64,000 nt of DNA from Carcharhinus longimanus. Lineage: Eukaryota. Under the pieces are notes generated by a model. That model worked only from the letters and a program-made list of their open reading frames with translations, searched no databases and was not told the origin of the DNA. The stretch is from NCBI GenBank assembly GCA_030264375.1, contig JASCQW010000099.1, forward strand, positions 22,499,752-22,563,751, read 5' to 3'. Both the position numbers and the translations under genes were made by a program. Positions within the stretch are counted from its first letter, which is position 1, and every line of letters begins with the position of its first letter. Below, piece after piece: positions 24,770 through 38,538 of this stretch.

Positions 24770-26490
24770 AGCTTCATAACTTGTTAAGAGAAAAAAGCTA
24801 AATACAAGAAACGTACAGGGCAGAACTGAAAAAGGAAATACAAGGAGCAAAAGGAGTAGAGCAGAATAGTGGGTAACATAGAAGTGAATTCAAAGTCTTT
24901 TATAAGCATTCAAGTAATAGAAAGGTAGTAAAATGAATGGAGGATTCAATTAGAGATGATAGAAATCATTGAGAAGCAGAAGACATGGCTGAGTTACGAA
25001 ATTAATAATTTGCAATTGTTTTCAGTAAAGAAGACACTTAAAGACGAAATACTTAAAAGAATAGGCAGCAGAAAAAATAGAAATGTCATTTAATCTTGAT
25101 GTGCTGCATCCTTGTTTGCTAAGGAAAGCAAGGGTGGAAATTGCAGAAGATCTGGTCACAATCTTTAAACACTTTTTAGCTATGGAAGTGATGTTGGAGG
25201 ACCGGAGAATTATAGTGTTACATTCCTGTTCAAAAATGTTTAATTGAAACTTGAAAAATATGCCAATTTGAATTTTTTAAAAGCAAATTATGTTTGACTG
25301 ACTTGATTGTGTTCTTTATTGCAATAGTGGAGAAGATTGATGAGGGTGATGCAATTGACTTTATGTGAATGGACTTTTAAAAGATGTCTGATAAAGCATT
25401 TTATATGTTAAAAAAACAAAGCCAATGGAATTAAAAGGGCAGCAGTTGCATAGTTATGAAATTAGCAAAGGAACAGGAAACAACAAATATTTGTGAATGG
25501 GTGTATTTCACATTGGAGGAAGTGTGCATTGGTGTCCTATGGGGTTGATATTGGGGCCACTATTGTTTCTGATATATATTGATGACCTGTGCTTGCTCAT
25601 ACAAGGTATAATTTCAAACTTTGCAAATGATGTAAAGCTCGGGGACATAGAAAATGGGAAAGTAATAGACTTCAGTAGGGGATAGGCTGGTGGGCATATA
25701 CATGGCAGTTCAAATTTAATAGAAAGAAATGTGATGAGAAGTAATATAAACTAAATTGTATAGTCACGAAGAGCCTGCAGAAACAGAGAGATCTGGAATA
25801 CATACATGAATCTTTGAAGCTGGCAAGGAGGGACGAAGGGCCTGTTTCCTGTGCTGTATTGTTCTTTGACAAATTGAAAAGGTGTTAAAAAAACATATAG
25901 GATCCTAGACTTTGTAGAGAGAGTCACTTAATTAAAAAAGCAAGAGTGATATGTTAAATCATGATAAAGCGCTGTTGGGCCCCAGCTAGTATGTCAGGAC
26001 CAATTCTGAGTACCACACTTTGGGGAGGATGTCAAGATTTGGAGAGGGTGCACTATACTGGTGCCAGGGAAAAAAATACATATTCTCTGATGTAGGTATT
26101 ATATAAACTAGTGTTGTTTTTATATAGCAAAGAAGGCTAAGGAGAGATTTGATAAAAGTGTTCAAAATTTTGAAGGGCTTTGTTAGGTAGAATAAGGAGA
26201 AACCGTTTCCAGTACAGAAGAGTATCAATGAACACATTGGTATTTGGCATTAGAACTAAAGATAACATGGAAGAAAATAATTTATGCAGTGTGCTGCAAT
26301 GATTTAGAATGCACAGCCTGAAAGAGTGGTGGAAGGAGATTCAATATTCACTTTCATACTTGAAGTGAAAAAAAAATGCAGGGTTCTGGGTAAAGAACAT
26401 AGAGTGAGACTATTTGGATAGTTTGTTTGCCGGCACATGCACGATAGCTTGACGGTTTCCTTCTAGGTTGTAAAGTTCTCTTACTCTTTC
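24770..26490 (+). mobile_element. Old CR1 LINE ORF2 (RT) to 3' end, heavily decayed
   Basis: PMGLILGPLLFLIYIDDL...ISNFANDVKLG (decayed FADDTKL); CR1 3' region. Confidence 0.85.
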
Positions 26491-27764
26491 ATTCCATGTG
26501 CCCGGAACCAAAAAACGTTCATTGTTAAAATAGTTAATTACTTTCACAGTGTTACAATTTTTTCTTAGTGTTTACATAGATATGAGAAAATTTTTTAACT
26601 GCAGTCACATTAGATTTCTTACGCTTTTCTTTTATGCTTTTCTATGTGGGAATAACCTTCATTATACTTCCTGCGTTGCTCTCAGTGACATTATAAATCG
26701 GTCATAGTCCAAAATATTCATAGAAAATGGCCTTTTGACCTCATAGAAGATCAAGTGATTTTGGTAAAACATTAGCATAATGGAACCTTTTCAATAAAGT
26801 GATAAATTACACACAGTTCAGAAGATATAAAATACAAATGGGTAGATTTATTGTGTTCAAGGACCAAGGGACAAAATCTCCTTTACATGATGTTTAAAGT
26901 GCTGATGAGAATAATGCCATTTTCACCTTATAGGCCAGCAATGAGATTCAATCAGAAGTGCTTACTAATAGCTACTGTATTTTGGGAACGGTTGTCTTCT
27001 TTTGTCTTAATTAACTGTCAGAAAATTGTCTAATTATCTGATTGTTACTGTGCTGTTCATGCAAATTGCGACCACAACCATTTGTTCGCTCCCTAGTGCC
27101 ATTCAGCTATGTGTCCCAGTGGAAGGGCATTCTGGTAGGTCAGGAAATGTATCACTTCTTTAAGGCAGCTGTTACTTAAATTTCATCAACTCAACATTAA
27201 ACAGCTTGCTTCTTCAGAATATGTATGCTTTTGCAACAGTTATATATTTAATTCCCTGTACAGCATGACAAAACATAGATTTTCAAAAACATTAATGTGT
27301 GGCAGTCAAAAGTGCAAAGAGGGAACTAGAAATGAACATAGCCAAAGACACTAAATGTCACAGCAAGAAAACCTACTAACGTTATGATGACAAGAGGATC
27401 ATCAGGAAAGAACTGAGATTCCTTAAGAGTACAGAATTGAAATTGATGATGAGCTAAGATGTTAACATACCAAATGATTACTTCCAGAAAATATTTGTTA
27501 TTCTGAGATGCAGCCGAGGTTCTGTAAGTCATCTTAATAACTTTTGTATCATTTGCACAGAGTACTCAGACAGGCTATGAGGGCTCAAATCAAATAAAGC
27601 CACAGGTATGGATGATTTATATCTACATGTCATACAAGATTGGAGACAAAATGTACAAGAAACTGTGAGAGCTGATGGATGTAAATGAGGGCCTGCTGTT
27701 TTGGAAGCAAGCCAACAGGGAAGTGTCAAATGTCTAAAAGCAGCAAGCAGAAGACTCAACCACC

Positions 27765-28245
27765 TTAGGAACAGGAGTAGGCCATTAGCCCCTCCAGCAT
27801 TTGTCACCTTTCAATGAGATCTTGGCTGATCTGTGATCCAACTCCATGTATCTTCTTTTTCCTCATTTCTCTTAATAACTTTCAGTTGACAAAGATTTAT
27901 CAATCTAAAGTTCAAAATTTTAAACAGTTGCCATTTGCAAAAGAGAGTTCCAAACTTCTACTACCCTTTGCATGTTTCCTAATTTTACTCCTGAAAGACT
28001 TGACCCTAATTTTTGATCTATGCCACATTCCTAGACTCCCCAACCTGTAGAAATAGTCTCTATTGATCCTATCAGTTCCCCTTAATGCGTTGAAAATATT
28101 GATAAAAATCACCTTGTAACCTTCTAAATTCCAAGACATACAAACCTAATTTATGTAACCTCTCCTCATAATTTAACTCTTGAAGTACAGGTGTCATTTT
28201 CGTAAAACAATGCTGTATTTTCTAAAAGGCCAGTATATTGTTTTG
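27765..28245 (-). mobile_element. CR1 LINE 3' fragment
   Basis: Reverse CR1 tail (ggaacaggagtaggccattagcccctc); ORF LRGTDRINRDYF...KIRVKSFRSKIRKH. Confidence 0.8.
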
Positions 28246-28537
28246 TTATGATGACCACAAAGGCCACAGGGGATCATGGGCTTTGCTGAGTACGAGCTGC
28301 CTTATTGAGCAAGTAGAGGCTCACCCAACGGGAAACAGTCAACGGGGCTTTTTTTCACTCGGACCATTGATGTAGGTCCTGAGGTGAAGACTACCTGACT
28401 GTAGGATGCAGGCATGGCCCTAAAGCAGTAATTTAGAACATAGAACATTACGGTGCAGTAATGGTGTTAAAGGTCCAGGCACCAAACAGCTATTTACTCT
28501 TTGAAAGCAAGGAGCTCCAGATTCTATGAAGACCAGA

Positions 28538-28773
28538 ATGTCAGACTAGACATCATGTGGCCGCATGGCTCAGTGAAGCCTCCCTCCAAGTTCTCCTCCA
28601 GGCCATCGAGTAAAGGCAGAAGGTGCTGTTTTGCCAGGGATGACAGCAGAAGGCCCTCCCATTTGACCACGGCCTGAATGGAGGTCACAGTGGCAGTTAG
28701 TGCCCATGGAACCCACAGGAGAACTGTCCAGCAGTGCAGGAAGAGGATGCATGATTTACTATGCTCCACATGG
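28538..28773 (+). pseudogene. Harbinger Myb-like gene exon 1 remnant
   Basis: LSEASLQVLLQAIE*RQKVLF...RRPSHLT...RRTVQQCRKRMHDLLCSTW|gtaagt. Confidence 0.78.
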
Positions 28774-29944
28774 GTAAGTCTATTCACTGCAAAGTGACAC
28801 TCATTAAGGCATTTAGGAGTGTAAGTGTGCAAGTGCAGAGGGATGTCAGACAGGAGTTTGCATTGCAGGGTTCAGCAGCAGATGGGACATATGTGCACTG
28901 AATGTATGCCAGCCATTTCATGCTCTTAATGTTCTATCAGTTGCAGGACATCCTGTTTCCTAATCATTTACTGGGATGGTTTGGTAATGGGGAATAGTTG
29001 TGGGATATGGGATGAGATACTGGGGATGACTCATACTGGGGATGACTCAAAAACTACCATTGGTACCTGCGCCCATTGGTAATTCAAGATTGGAAATGCC
29101 AACACCCTTTATTGTACACCAAAGGAAAATTTTAAGTTTATTTATTAGTATCACAAGTAGGCCTACATTAACACTTACAATGAAGTGATGGTATTCGATG
29201 ATATTGGAATAGTGTAGGTTAGATGGGCTTTAGATTGGTTTCACAGGTCGGTGTAACATCGAGGGTGCTGTAAGTCATAAAATTGATATTTTTTTCTGTA
29301 AGGTGCAACGGAGCTGTCTTGACAATAATAACAAATCCACGAGACTCCAGTACTACATTAAATCAGTTCCCCCTTGCTAAGTCAACAGTTCNNNNNNNNN
29401 NNNNNNNNNNNNNNNNNNNNNNNNNNNNNNNNNNNNNNNNNNNNNNNNNNNNNNNNNNNNNNNNNNNNNNNNNNNNNNNNNNNNNNNNNNNCCCCCTTGC
29501 TAAGTCAACAGTTCGCACTCATTGCCTAAACAGAACCAATATACTGATAATGACACTTGCGCTTCAGTGATCGCTTATCATTTTAATATACTCTTGGTAC
29601 ATAATTTTGAACAGTGTTTGCAGCAACCACACATTTCATATTACCATGTGCAAGAAACTATTCAGAAAACCACTGGATAACAGCAGAGATAGCAAGTTCC
29701 TGCCTGCCACCACTGAGAGGTTCACTGAGCTCATCATGAATGATAGGTAATGAACTGAATAGCACAAGATTGTGCATTGATGCCCCACAGTGGGAATCAT
29801 GCTCACTTCCTGCCACTGTACTTGTACTCCAGAATGGAGGATTAAATATTCCCCTTGGCATCGAAAGCCCAACTGCAGCATCATATGAGGCCATTGGCAA
29901 AACTATACCTCAAGTGGGGTCCGAATTGACCATTTCTGTGATAT

Positions 29945-30100
29945 CAATTCAGTTAAGGAAGGCCAACAGCCTGAGTTCAATTCCCATACTGGCTGAAGTT
30001 ACTCATGCAAGCCCACCTTCACAACCTGAAGTGTAGTGATCCTCGCATTAAATTACCACCAGTCAGCATCCCCCCTCACAGGGGAGAACAGCCTATGGTN
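29945..30100 (+). mobile_element. Probable tRNA-derived SINE fragment
   Basis: B-box-like gagttcaattccc followed by a body of the kind I recall from shark SINEs. Confidence 0.4.
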
Positions 30101-30514
30101 NNNNNNNNNTATCTTCGCCACCTGAATTTCAGGCTCAACGCTCCTGGCTTAAAACAAGACTCCAAGAAGGCCCTTGTTGTTGCTTTCTGCTCTTCTCTGA
30201 TTCTGTGATCAGAAAAAGGGTCACCAAGAGTCCGAGGTCCATTTGTAATAGGTGTCTTTCATAATTGGCGATCATTTGTAATCAAACAGGAAAAAATGGC
30301 CAGGCAAATAAGGCCATTTCAGTGCTTAGCCTATTCTGCATAACTTTCACATCTCCAGTAAGGACAACACAAAGTGAACAGCAATTGAGTGCTAATTTTA
30401 ACTCCTGAGTGGGAGTTAAACAAAAGGATAAAATGATCCCTTGGTACTAAACTGAAGGACATCCTGGAATGTGGGCAATATTTATATGTCAAACAAAATC
30501 TAAAACTGATGCCC

Positions 30515-30775
30515 GGTCATTATTGCTTTGGTGTTTGTGGGACCTTGCCATGTGCAAATTGCCTGCTGCATTTCCTAGAATAGAACAGTGACTACATTTC
30601 AAAAACACAAGAACACAAGAAATAGAAGAAGGAGTAGGCCACTGGGCCCTTCAAACCTGCCCTGCCATTCAATATGATCATGGCTATTCAATGCTGGCCT
30701 CAGTTCTTTGCTGTACCATTTCCCCAAGTACTTCATTGGTTGTAAAGTGCCTGAGGTTGTCCTCTGGTTGTGAAG
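30515..30775 (+). mobile_element. Deu-domain (SacSINE1/AmnSINE1-like) SINE 3' part split by an antisense CR1 tail (~30606-30725)
   Basis: gtttgtgggaccttgc..tgtgcaaattg..tgctgcatttcc...gtgactacatttcaaaa, resuming as aagtacttcattggttgtaaagtg; insert begins acaagaacacaagaaatagaagaaggagtaggcc. Confidence 0.7.
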
Positions 30776-32239
30776 ACTTCCTTTATCTGATTTTCTATCC
30801 AGTTTCCTAACTAGTTACAGATACGAGCACAGTGGTACACCTGGGTGGTAGTAGAAACCTTTCAGATTATCTGACAGTCAATATTTGTCCTCTTCCCTGG
30901 CAGTCTAGGAAATGATTTCCCTAGCTGGCAAGTCTAAATTAATTTGAATATTTATCATTATCCGTTGCATTTTTTTAATATTATTGTCTATGAGATGCTC
31001 CAATTACATTATTTACTTTTAAAATAAGTCCAGTACTAGCTCCAATGGTTGAAATTAATAAAGAAGAGCTGTCAAAATGTAAGGCCCAGGGGCTCAATAG
31101 AATGTAAATCTGCTCTTACCAAGGTGATTTTTGTGCTGTTATAATTCTCAAGGTATGGGAATGAAAACACTGACTTGGTTTGAATCCAAAATCTATCCCA
31201 GCATACAATGCCAACATATATTGTGCAAACAAGCTGATAAACATGGAATCGCTTATATGACTCATTCTCATTGAGCATTTTGAATGTTTATATGCATGTT
31301 TGTGTCCTTTGCTGAATGAAAACTTTTGCATGGCAGCTTCTCCAATGCAATCCTACATTAAGGACATTGCACAATTTAAAACAACGCATGTGGCACAGTG
31401 CATGAATCTATGTGATTGCACTTTAATTCTTCCAGCTTTATAAAATATGCTAATTTATGTGCACAAAAAGATCACAGTGGAACAGTCATTTCTATTTGAT
31501 GTCTTTGCTCAGTGTCAAATCCTGGTTGTGTGAATAATCTAAGCAGTAATGTGCTTTAATAATTTTGATATAGCAGCAGTTCAGATGGAAGTCTAGATTT
31601 CAATTTTATTTTACAGTACTCAAGGGGTCTCACATTGTGCAATTAAAAATATTTCCACAATATGGGATCGCATTTCGGCTATTTGCACACATTGTTAAAT
31701 GTAGCTTAAAAATCATGTTTATGGGCAGTAGATAATGCGGTGGGCACCAGAACCTGGATTTGAAATTAGACTAGACAAAATGGATGAAATTTGCTCTGTG
31801 CTCACTGTAAGGACACTTGCTGATAAATTTATGTTCCGTAGCGCCCATTCATTTGATGCTACAAATGCCATTTTGTGTGCAAAATGTAGTCCATGCAGTA
31901 CATCTTCTCTTCTGGTGCAAAGAGCGTCATGTGTCATTAGGAGCATACACCATTGATATGCAAGGTGGGCACATCATAATGTCAGTCATTATGTAAGATT
32001 GATTGATGTAGTGCCATTTTCAACCTCAACACTTCAGCTAAAGACTTAACCTCGCATGCATTCACAGTAGGAAGGACACATTCCGCACCACCATTATTTA
32101 AAGGGACCATCAATTACTTTCAGGTTAGTTGCAGATGGATTTTTCTTGAATGTTTCTGAGTAAATGGGCATGTTTAGTGGTTTATATTCTTATTTAAAGT
32201 TCTAAATGTTGTAAGGAGTGGTATTGCTTAGCAGGAGGT

Positions 32240-33180
32240 CTTACCCACCCCATGTTCTTCAGAGAGTAAGCCTACCTTAACCTCAGCGAGGAACCATCTC
32301 TGAGTTATGAAGGAAATGCTGATTGAAATCTACCCCCTATTGCTGGTAGACCTGCAGTTTCAGAATAGAATGAGTATAACATTGCAAGTGGCTGTAAAGA
32401 TTACTATTGCTATGAACTTCACTTCTTCCAGGATCCGTCAGACTGCAGCAAACAACATTGGCAACATTTGGCTCTTTGTTGTCCACTACTGTGTACGAGA
32501 GGTGACCTTTGCACTGATTGCCATGAAGTGGGATACATCTCAAACTCTTTATCGGCAGAAAAAAAAATGTGAGGTGTGCTTTACAAGAGTAACAGCTTTC
32601 CAACAGGGTTCCAACAATTGCACGTACGTTACTTTGCAGGCATCGCATCTATATGCAGGGATGTATCAAAACTGAAAGTGTTCCATTCCTTGACTGTGCA
32701 GTTGATGTGCAACCATGCTCAGAACATCCTGTACATGAATGCCCTATGTCCTGGCTTCAGTCATGACATCTTTATGCTGTGACAGTTTACAGTATTATCA
32801 ATAGTTAAGCTAGCAAATAGAAAAAGAGCATATTTTCTGGGCAAAAAAGAGCAATCTGCTGGCCACCTGCATGTGACTCCAGTGCACAATTCAAATACAT
32901 GTTGGCATTGCTCAAACAATACTTTCACTGTCAGGTTGCTCAGGAGAAATTCTATAGTATTCACCACAGCATGTATCATGATTTATTATGATACACTGCA
33001 TCCTGTAGAACCTATTCATCCTCAGAGCACAGGTCTTGAGTAACTGAGGAGGACAATGAAGAGGAGGAAGAAGCTGAAGAGAAAGAAAAGAAGGGACAAA
33101 GGCAGCAAACAATAAATTGGTGTGATTCTCCAAGCACATATCCTGCTGGGCCAATGAATTGCTGAGAGACCTGAAACAGG
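32240..33180 (+). pseudogene. Harbinger DDE transposase (HARBI1-like) remnant, most of the coding length
   Basis: TLQVAVKITIAMNF...NIGNIWLFVVHYCVREVTFAL; NCTYVTLQAS; KVFHSLTVQLMCNH...NALCPGFSHDIFML; acidic C-terminal stretch. Confidence 0.85.
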
Positions 33181-33469
33181 ATTTGCAACTGGTATTAAAA
33201 AGCTTCCAATGCTCCTGGCCTGTTCCACCTGATGCGATCAGGATCTTGCCCAGAAAGTGTGAGAACCTGACCCGAGCTTATTTACATTGATTTTAATCTC
33301 ATTAGCGAGATTAAAATTGAACGCAACAGTACACTTCAATGCCCCCAGCAGGAAGTCACCCCGGTGCTGATCACTACAGGTCCTGAAAAGTGGGGAATAG
33401 GCACCATAGTCCCCGGGGGGGCTCAAGGAGGTGGTGAGCACTGCACCATCACTTCTGCACCAATCTGGA

Positions 33470-33898
33470 AAGTCAGAGGGAACAGTTCATGACTTCAGGT
33501 CTATCGCTGGATTCCCCCTGCTTGAAGGTGTTATCGATTGCATGCATCTAGCTGTCAGGATCCCATGGACCAGCTAGTGCCCTTCATCAACAGGAATTGA
33601 TGGCCACCTGGCCCTTGACAACTGAAGGTGAGCCCTTTAGGTGTAAGCACGGTTCCCAGAAAGCAATTACAACATGTACATACTGTGGCAGTTCTAGTTT
33701 GCACAGATTTTAAGATACCAAGAGATCAGGCTACCTACTAAAGATATGGCTATACATTGCCCATGAGGAAGCCAAGCATAGATGCAGAGTTACACCACCT
33801 ACCATGAGTCAACTAGAGTGCTATTGACCACATTGTTGGCTTTTTAAAGATGCATTTAGATGCTTAGATTGATTTGGTGAAGCCATTCAGTATGTCCA
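33470..33898 (+). pseudogene. Second HARBI1-like transposase remnant
   Basis: IAGFPLLEGVIDCMHLAV; ARFPES; LKMH/FRCLD*FGEAIQYV; continues (PARV) after the CR1 insert. Confidence 0.8.
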
Positions 33899-33900
33899 GA

Positions 33901-34215
33901 AGAGGGGCAATCCAGAACTAGGGGTCATAGTTTGAGGACAAGGGGCTTTTAGGACAGAAATGAGGAGAAATTTCTTCAGGCAGAGAGTGATGAATCTGTG
34001 GAATTCACCACCACAGGAAGTAGTTGAGACATTGTGTGATTTCAAGAACAAATTAGATATAGCTCTTGGGGCTAAGGGGATCAAGGAATATGGGGTAAGA
34101 CGGGACCAGGGTATTGAATTTGATGTTCAGCCACGATTATAGTGAATGGAGGAGCAGGGTCAAAGGGCTGGATGGCTACTCCTGCTTCTATTTTCTATGT
34201 ATCTATGTTTCTATA
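33901..34215 (+). mobile_element. CR1 LINE 3' fragment with candidate 8-bp TSD
   Basis: MRRNFFRQRVMNLWNSPPQEVVE; tttctatg-type tail; tatgtcca at 33891-98 and 34216-23. Confidence 0.88.
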
Positions 34216-34304
34216 TATGTCCAAGCAAGAGTCTTGTGAATGAATCTACTCATGAAAAGATATTCACTGACATGAAACTATCCAAACTTTTTTAAAGAGA
34301 GTTT

Positions 34305-34607
34305 CATAGAGTCCCTACAGTGCAGAAGGAGGCCATTTGGCCTATTGAGTCTGCACCAACACCAATCCCACCCAAGCCCTATCCCCACGTAGTTACCGCT
34401 AATCCCTCTAACCTGTCACATCCTGGGACACTAAAGGGCAATCAGCCTAACCCGCACATCTTTGGACTGTGGGAGGAAACTGGTGGGGAAACCCACGTAG
34501 ACACAGGGAGAACGTGCAAACTCCAAACAGACAGTGACCCAAGCCAGGAACCGAACCCAGGTCCCTGGAGGTATGAGGCAGCAGTGCTAACCATGATGCC
34601 AATGTGC
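34305..34607 (-). mobile_element. HE1 SINE (CR1/HER1-type tail)
   Basis: catagagtccctacagtgcagaaggaggccattt (tail), V-domain and tRNA head, all reverse-complemented. Confidence 0.85.
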
Positions 34608-35299
34608 CAACATAACTGGTGGAGGATATAAAAGAATGAAGGGATCCCTCCTCCTCTTCAAAGTTTTCTGGCTATTAGCTGACCTCTCAAGCTGTGGGTA
34701 CATTGGCTTGACCCTGACCAGCATGAGAGAGCATAAAAATGCTAGAGTTAAGGGCTTTCCATTTCTCCATCCCAGCCATGCTTGCTGTGGAACTCCGATT
34801 GTCCAACATTGGTCAAATGAGCGGTATGCCTTCTGTGTGCCAGGTACATCTTAATGCACCTATACTCATTAACTCACCCTTTTACACTGGCAACTCCATC
34901 TTACCATCAGCAGTAGCATAGCAACCCTAATGGCCTGCTAACTCCAAGCCAACATCTTCCATGGGTGTCAGGAAACAGGAGTCAGCATTCCTCCACTGAG
35001 CTCGACCAGTTGTATGTAAGCACAGAAAGATGGACTTTATTTTCAAGCACAGTACCTATGCTGTTTGAGGCTCAGTAGGGGCATCCGAATGCCACTTGCA
35101 TACAGCCAATTTTAAGGGATTTTGTGGGGGTCAACAAAGAACTGTCAGACCCCTTTCATGAAAAGGCAGCTCTGTTTTTGACAGGATATGTTTCTTCCAT
35201 ATCCCCTTGCCATCAGCTGGGTGGTCAAGCCAACTTTCTTGCATTACCATATACAAACCCTTAAAGGAAAAGTGATGTGGAGTACTTTTGTGGACAAAC

Positions 35300-35465
35300 A
35301 TGCTTTTGACATTGAATCCAGGATCCAAGAGTGACCACAAGGCTGATGACCTTCTCTGCAATTTCTGTCCAAGCTTGCTTGGTCAGGTGGGTCCCCTTTC
35401 CTTGCAGTTTGAAGGAGAACATGCTGGGAGGTCTTACTGAACCAGAGTTGTCTTTCTCTCATTAT
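35300..35465 (-). pseudogene. Harbinger Myb-like gene exon 1 remnant
   Basis: RERQLWFSKTSQHVLLQTARK...LTKQAWTEIAEKV...SWIQCQKH. Confidence 0.72.
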
Positions 35466-36299
35466 TGGTGGTGGCTTCTGGTGAGCTCCTTGGTTGCGTT
35501 GAGTTTTCAGTGAGGGGAGCAGCAACAGTAGCAGGATTTCTCAAGGCAAAAATAGCAGCAAAACTCAAGGCAATGTGAACAGGACAACTCAATCAGCAGA
35601 AACGGGATAGAATCTTTTCAAACTTGAGCAACAAATGCAGTGCAGACAGCCCTTTAAATATGGAGCCAACACTTGCCACAGCATCAACTGATGCAGACCT
35701 CATTGTCCTTGTGCTTCCTCAGTCCCGGGATTGGAGGACCCCCGTGCATCACGTTGATTAATTGGATGGCTGGGATTGTGTGTGATGGGCCACCTAGCAC
35801 AAAATAGAAATGGCACTTACTTCTGTTGCTGTTTGCTCCAGCCAGATAAATGAGCAGGCGTCAGTAAGTTTGCATGCTGCCTCTACCAGAATAAAGACAT
35901 GCAGGTGATTTGGAGTAAAAATCCCCACAGCTGTTATTCCCTCCTTTATGATAGAATTACATATATTTAACTCCACAGCATTGCAGTTAGACAATATTTA
36001 CTGAAAATTCAGATATGGAAGTCAATGTGTCTGATTTCACATCTTTGTGATTTTTCTTCCATTAAAATGAATAGACAAAAAGAGTGAAATTTTACCAAAA
36101 AATTGTAATGTTGGTTCCGGTTCAAAAAAAAGGAGTGTTTCTTGCTGACAGCAAGTTTTGCAGCTGGATTTTATGCCTCATTAGTGTTCATTCTATGCCC
36201 ATGTGAATGATTTAACTGCTACAAGCACTGGGAAGCTCCATGTAAGTGGCTCCCCAGCACTTATTCCACATGACTGCAGGGGATGGCAGCCAAGAGGGC

Positions 36300-37610
36300 C
36301 CACTACGCTTCTTGGTGCAGGTGCTGCTGGTGAAGTGCAGGCAGCAGAGAAATGTGAGACTATTCTGTCAATCCTCAAGTCTCAAGTGAGTAAACAATGT
36401 TCCCTCCATATACCCTGCAATGTACTGATGCCATGTCCCGTCTCTTGCAGGCCAGTGGAACAGGCCAGACCATCCTCATGCCCCTGCACCCACCAGATTC
36501 CAGTATCTCAGAGGGATCTTCTCCAGCCCTACCATTGAAGAGACGTCACAGCTGTCACCCGCACCCAGCGCCAGCACAGATATTCACACTTCAGTGGGTT
36601 CACTAAGTAGTAGACTTCTGGGTCACTCACTAGTGAGCACCTCATAGCTGAAGTGGGGGCACGGACATCCCAGGGAACGAGTACTCGGAGGATTGCTGGA
36701 GCCCAGGATTCCGCTGAGCCCCTTTTAGATGATGTGCATTTGGGTCCGGTTGTCCCACAGCTGCTGGAATAGCAAAGGCAGAGTTGCAATGGAAGCAGCC
36801 TTCCTCAGAGTGCAAGGTCAATTGGTGGAGTCCCATTGCCCTTTGAGGAGATGGTGCCATCACTGCACTGTGAAGATGCCATCTGCAGTGGAGACATTAC
36901 CTGTTAGTGTTGGGCTATCATCACTCCGCCTATACTATGCTTGCGCACCTCGCTCCACTTCACCTAACAAAGGAGAGGAACTCCAAAAGCTTGTGGTTTC
37001 AAATAAACCTGTTGGACTATAATCTGGTGTTGTGTGGCCTTTCACCTTGTCCACCCCAGTCCAACAGTGGCATCTCTGCATCAGTGGAGACAATGGTGCA
37101 GAATAAGCACTCCAAGGCAGGAGATGCCTGCAGCATGGCTCAGCTCATATGATCTCCATGTCTGAGCATGTGAGATCCATGGTGCTGGGCTTCGTCTGCA
37201 TGGTACAGGCACTGGTGGGAATCCATGAGTGTCAGCACCAGAGAATGACAGCACTTCTAGATCCCACTCCAGCTACTCCTCCATCCCATGCAGAAGCACA
37301 GGGGCTCCATGGGAACCAGAAGGCAAGAGTATTGGCAGAAGTACAGCCCAGAGCACTTCAGCTGGGGGACCATGAGTATCTCTCGTTCACCTGACATTCC
37401 CCTCCCTGTGAGCGAAACACCTCTAGTCCTGGACACCAAAAAGGGTAGCAGTCAAATAACTGTGCTGCTCAAAAGCAGGCCTGGATCCTGCCTCCCCAAA
37501 GAATGGGCACCAAGGTCATCACAGGCAAAAGGGCATGGAAGTCACCAGGCTGCTTGAACCTCAGCTGTGGATCCTGGGAACACACCTGGATTAGAGTGTA
37601 TGTGATGAAA
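36300..37610 (+). pseudogene. Harbinger Myb-like gene remnant (end of exon 2 and exon 3)
   Basis: Donor caa|gtgagt ~36386; acceptor tctcttgcAG 36450; C-terminal WAPRSSQAKGHGSHQAA motif shared with other copies. Confidence 0.6.
36897..37081 (+). mobile_element. Mini Penelope-like element with decayed hammerhead motif and 11-bp TSD
   Basis: TSD cagtggagaca at 36886-96 and 37082-92; CAC-ctaacaa-a-GGAG-aggaa-CTCC-aaaa-gctt-GTG at 36961-95; tail ccaccccagtccaacagtggcatctctgcat. Confidence 0.78.
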
Positions 37611-38331
37611 ATTAAGAAACTATAGGCATTTTGTGGGCATAAGTGAATATAGGCACTAGTGTGTTGATAGGGCGCTATTTTGTTTTGAAAATTTGGCATT
37701 AAATTTCACTTTGTTCACTCACAGAGCCTCACCCTGTCTGTTCATGCCACAAAGCTTGGGGGAACCATTGCACTTATCCGAGCGTCATCCTTGTGCAGTC
37801 TGAGAATGGTAGTACTATGACCCTCCCACAATAGTGAATAACTAAAGAGGTGCTGATGCTGGCATGTCCCCTCCACCCCGGAACCCATCCTCCAACCCCC
37901 ATCCGTGAAAGGATGAAAACCCTTACCCCTGTCCATTAAAGTGCACTCTTCTCATGACTAGCAGTGTTCTCTAGTGATCGCAAGACCAAGGTCTGTGAAG
38001 TGCTGCCAAGCTGCCCATCTTGGCTATAAGATAGATGCAAACACCAGGAACCCTGACATGGGTGTGGCCTGTAATAGCTAACGTTGCACATCCTGTATTT
38101 CTCAGTCCTATGATAAGCCAATTCAATGGCAGGACACATTACATTCTCTATCAGGCAGGAGGATAAGAGGAGCACCACTTTGTCCCAATGCAAGTCATCA
38201 TCATTCCCCTGCAGAGTCCAGCCAATAACTTCAGCGCCCTGCCCATGTCACCTGGCAACAGCATGAAACGACATAGAACATAGAAGAGTATAGCATAGTA
38301 CTAGTTAGATGTTAGTCCCCATGTGGGAGAG

Positions 38332-38538
38332 CTAGTTGCTGCTGAAGTAAAGTGAGGCACTATGAGGCCACCCTAGCACAACAGACCAGTCGAGTTCTGA
38401 CCACTGGCTGGACTTTTTCACCGCCTCCTCGACATGATTATACTCACCACCCTCCTCAACATTCTGTTCATCTGAGGAGATGTGGTGCTTCTCCTTCTGC
38501 TCTAGGTCCAGGCACTCTTCCTTCTGCAGCATCAAGTT
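38332..38538 (-). pseudogene. HARBI1-like transposase C-terminal remnant, convergent with the Myb-like gene at 36300-37610
   Basis: NLMLQKEECLDLEQKEKHHISSDEQNVEE, matching the LHNLAxQRG...acidic SSDEE tail. Confidence 0.6.

Noticed and set aside
29017-29049. 16-bp tandem duplication atactggggatgactc x2
   Set aside because: Ordinary slippage duplication with no further structure.
29370-29513. 22-bp repeat ccccttgctaagtcaacagttc either side of a gap
   Set aside because: Same gap-edge pattern; the content is unseen, so an insertion cannot be supported.
32240-33180. Domesticated host HARBI1 gene
   Set aside because: Multiple stops and frameshifts, degraded catalytic motifs and several paralogous relics nearby.
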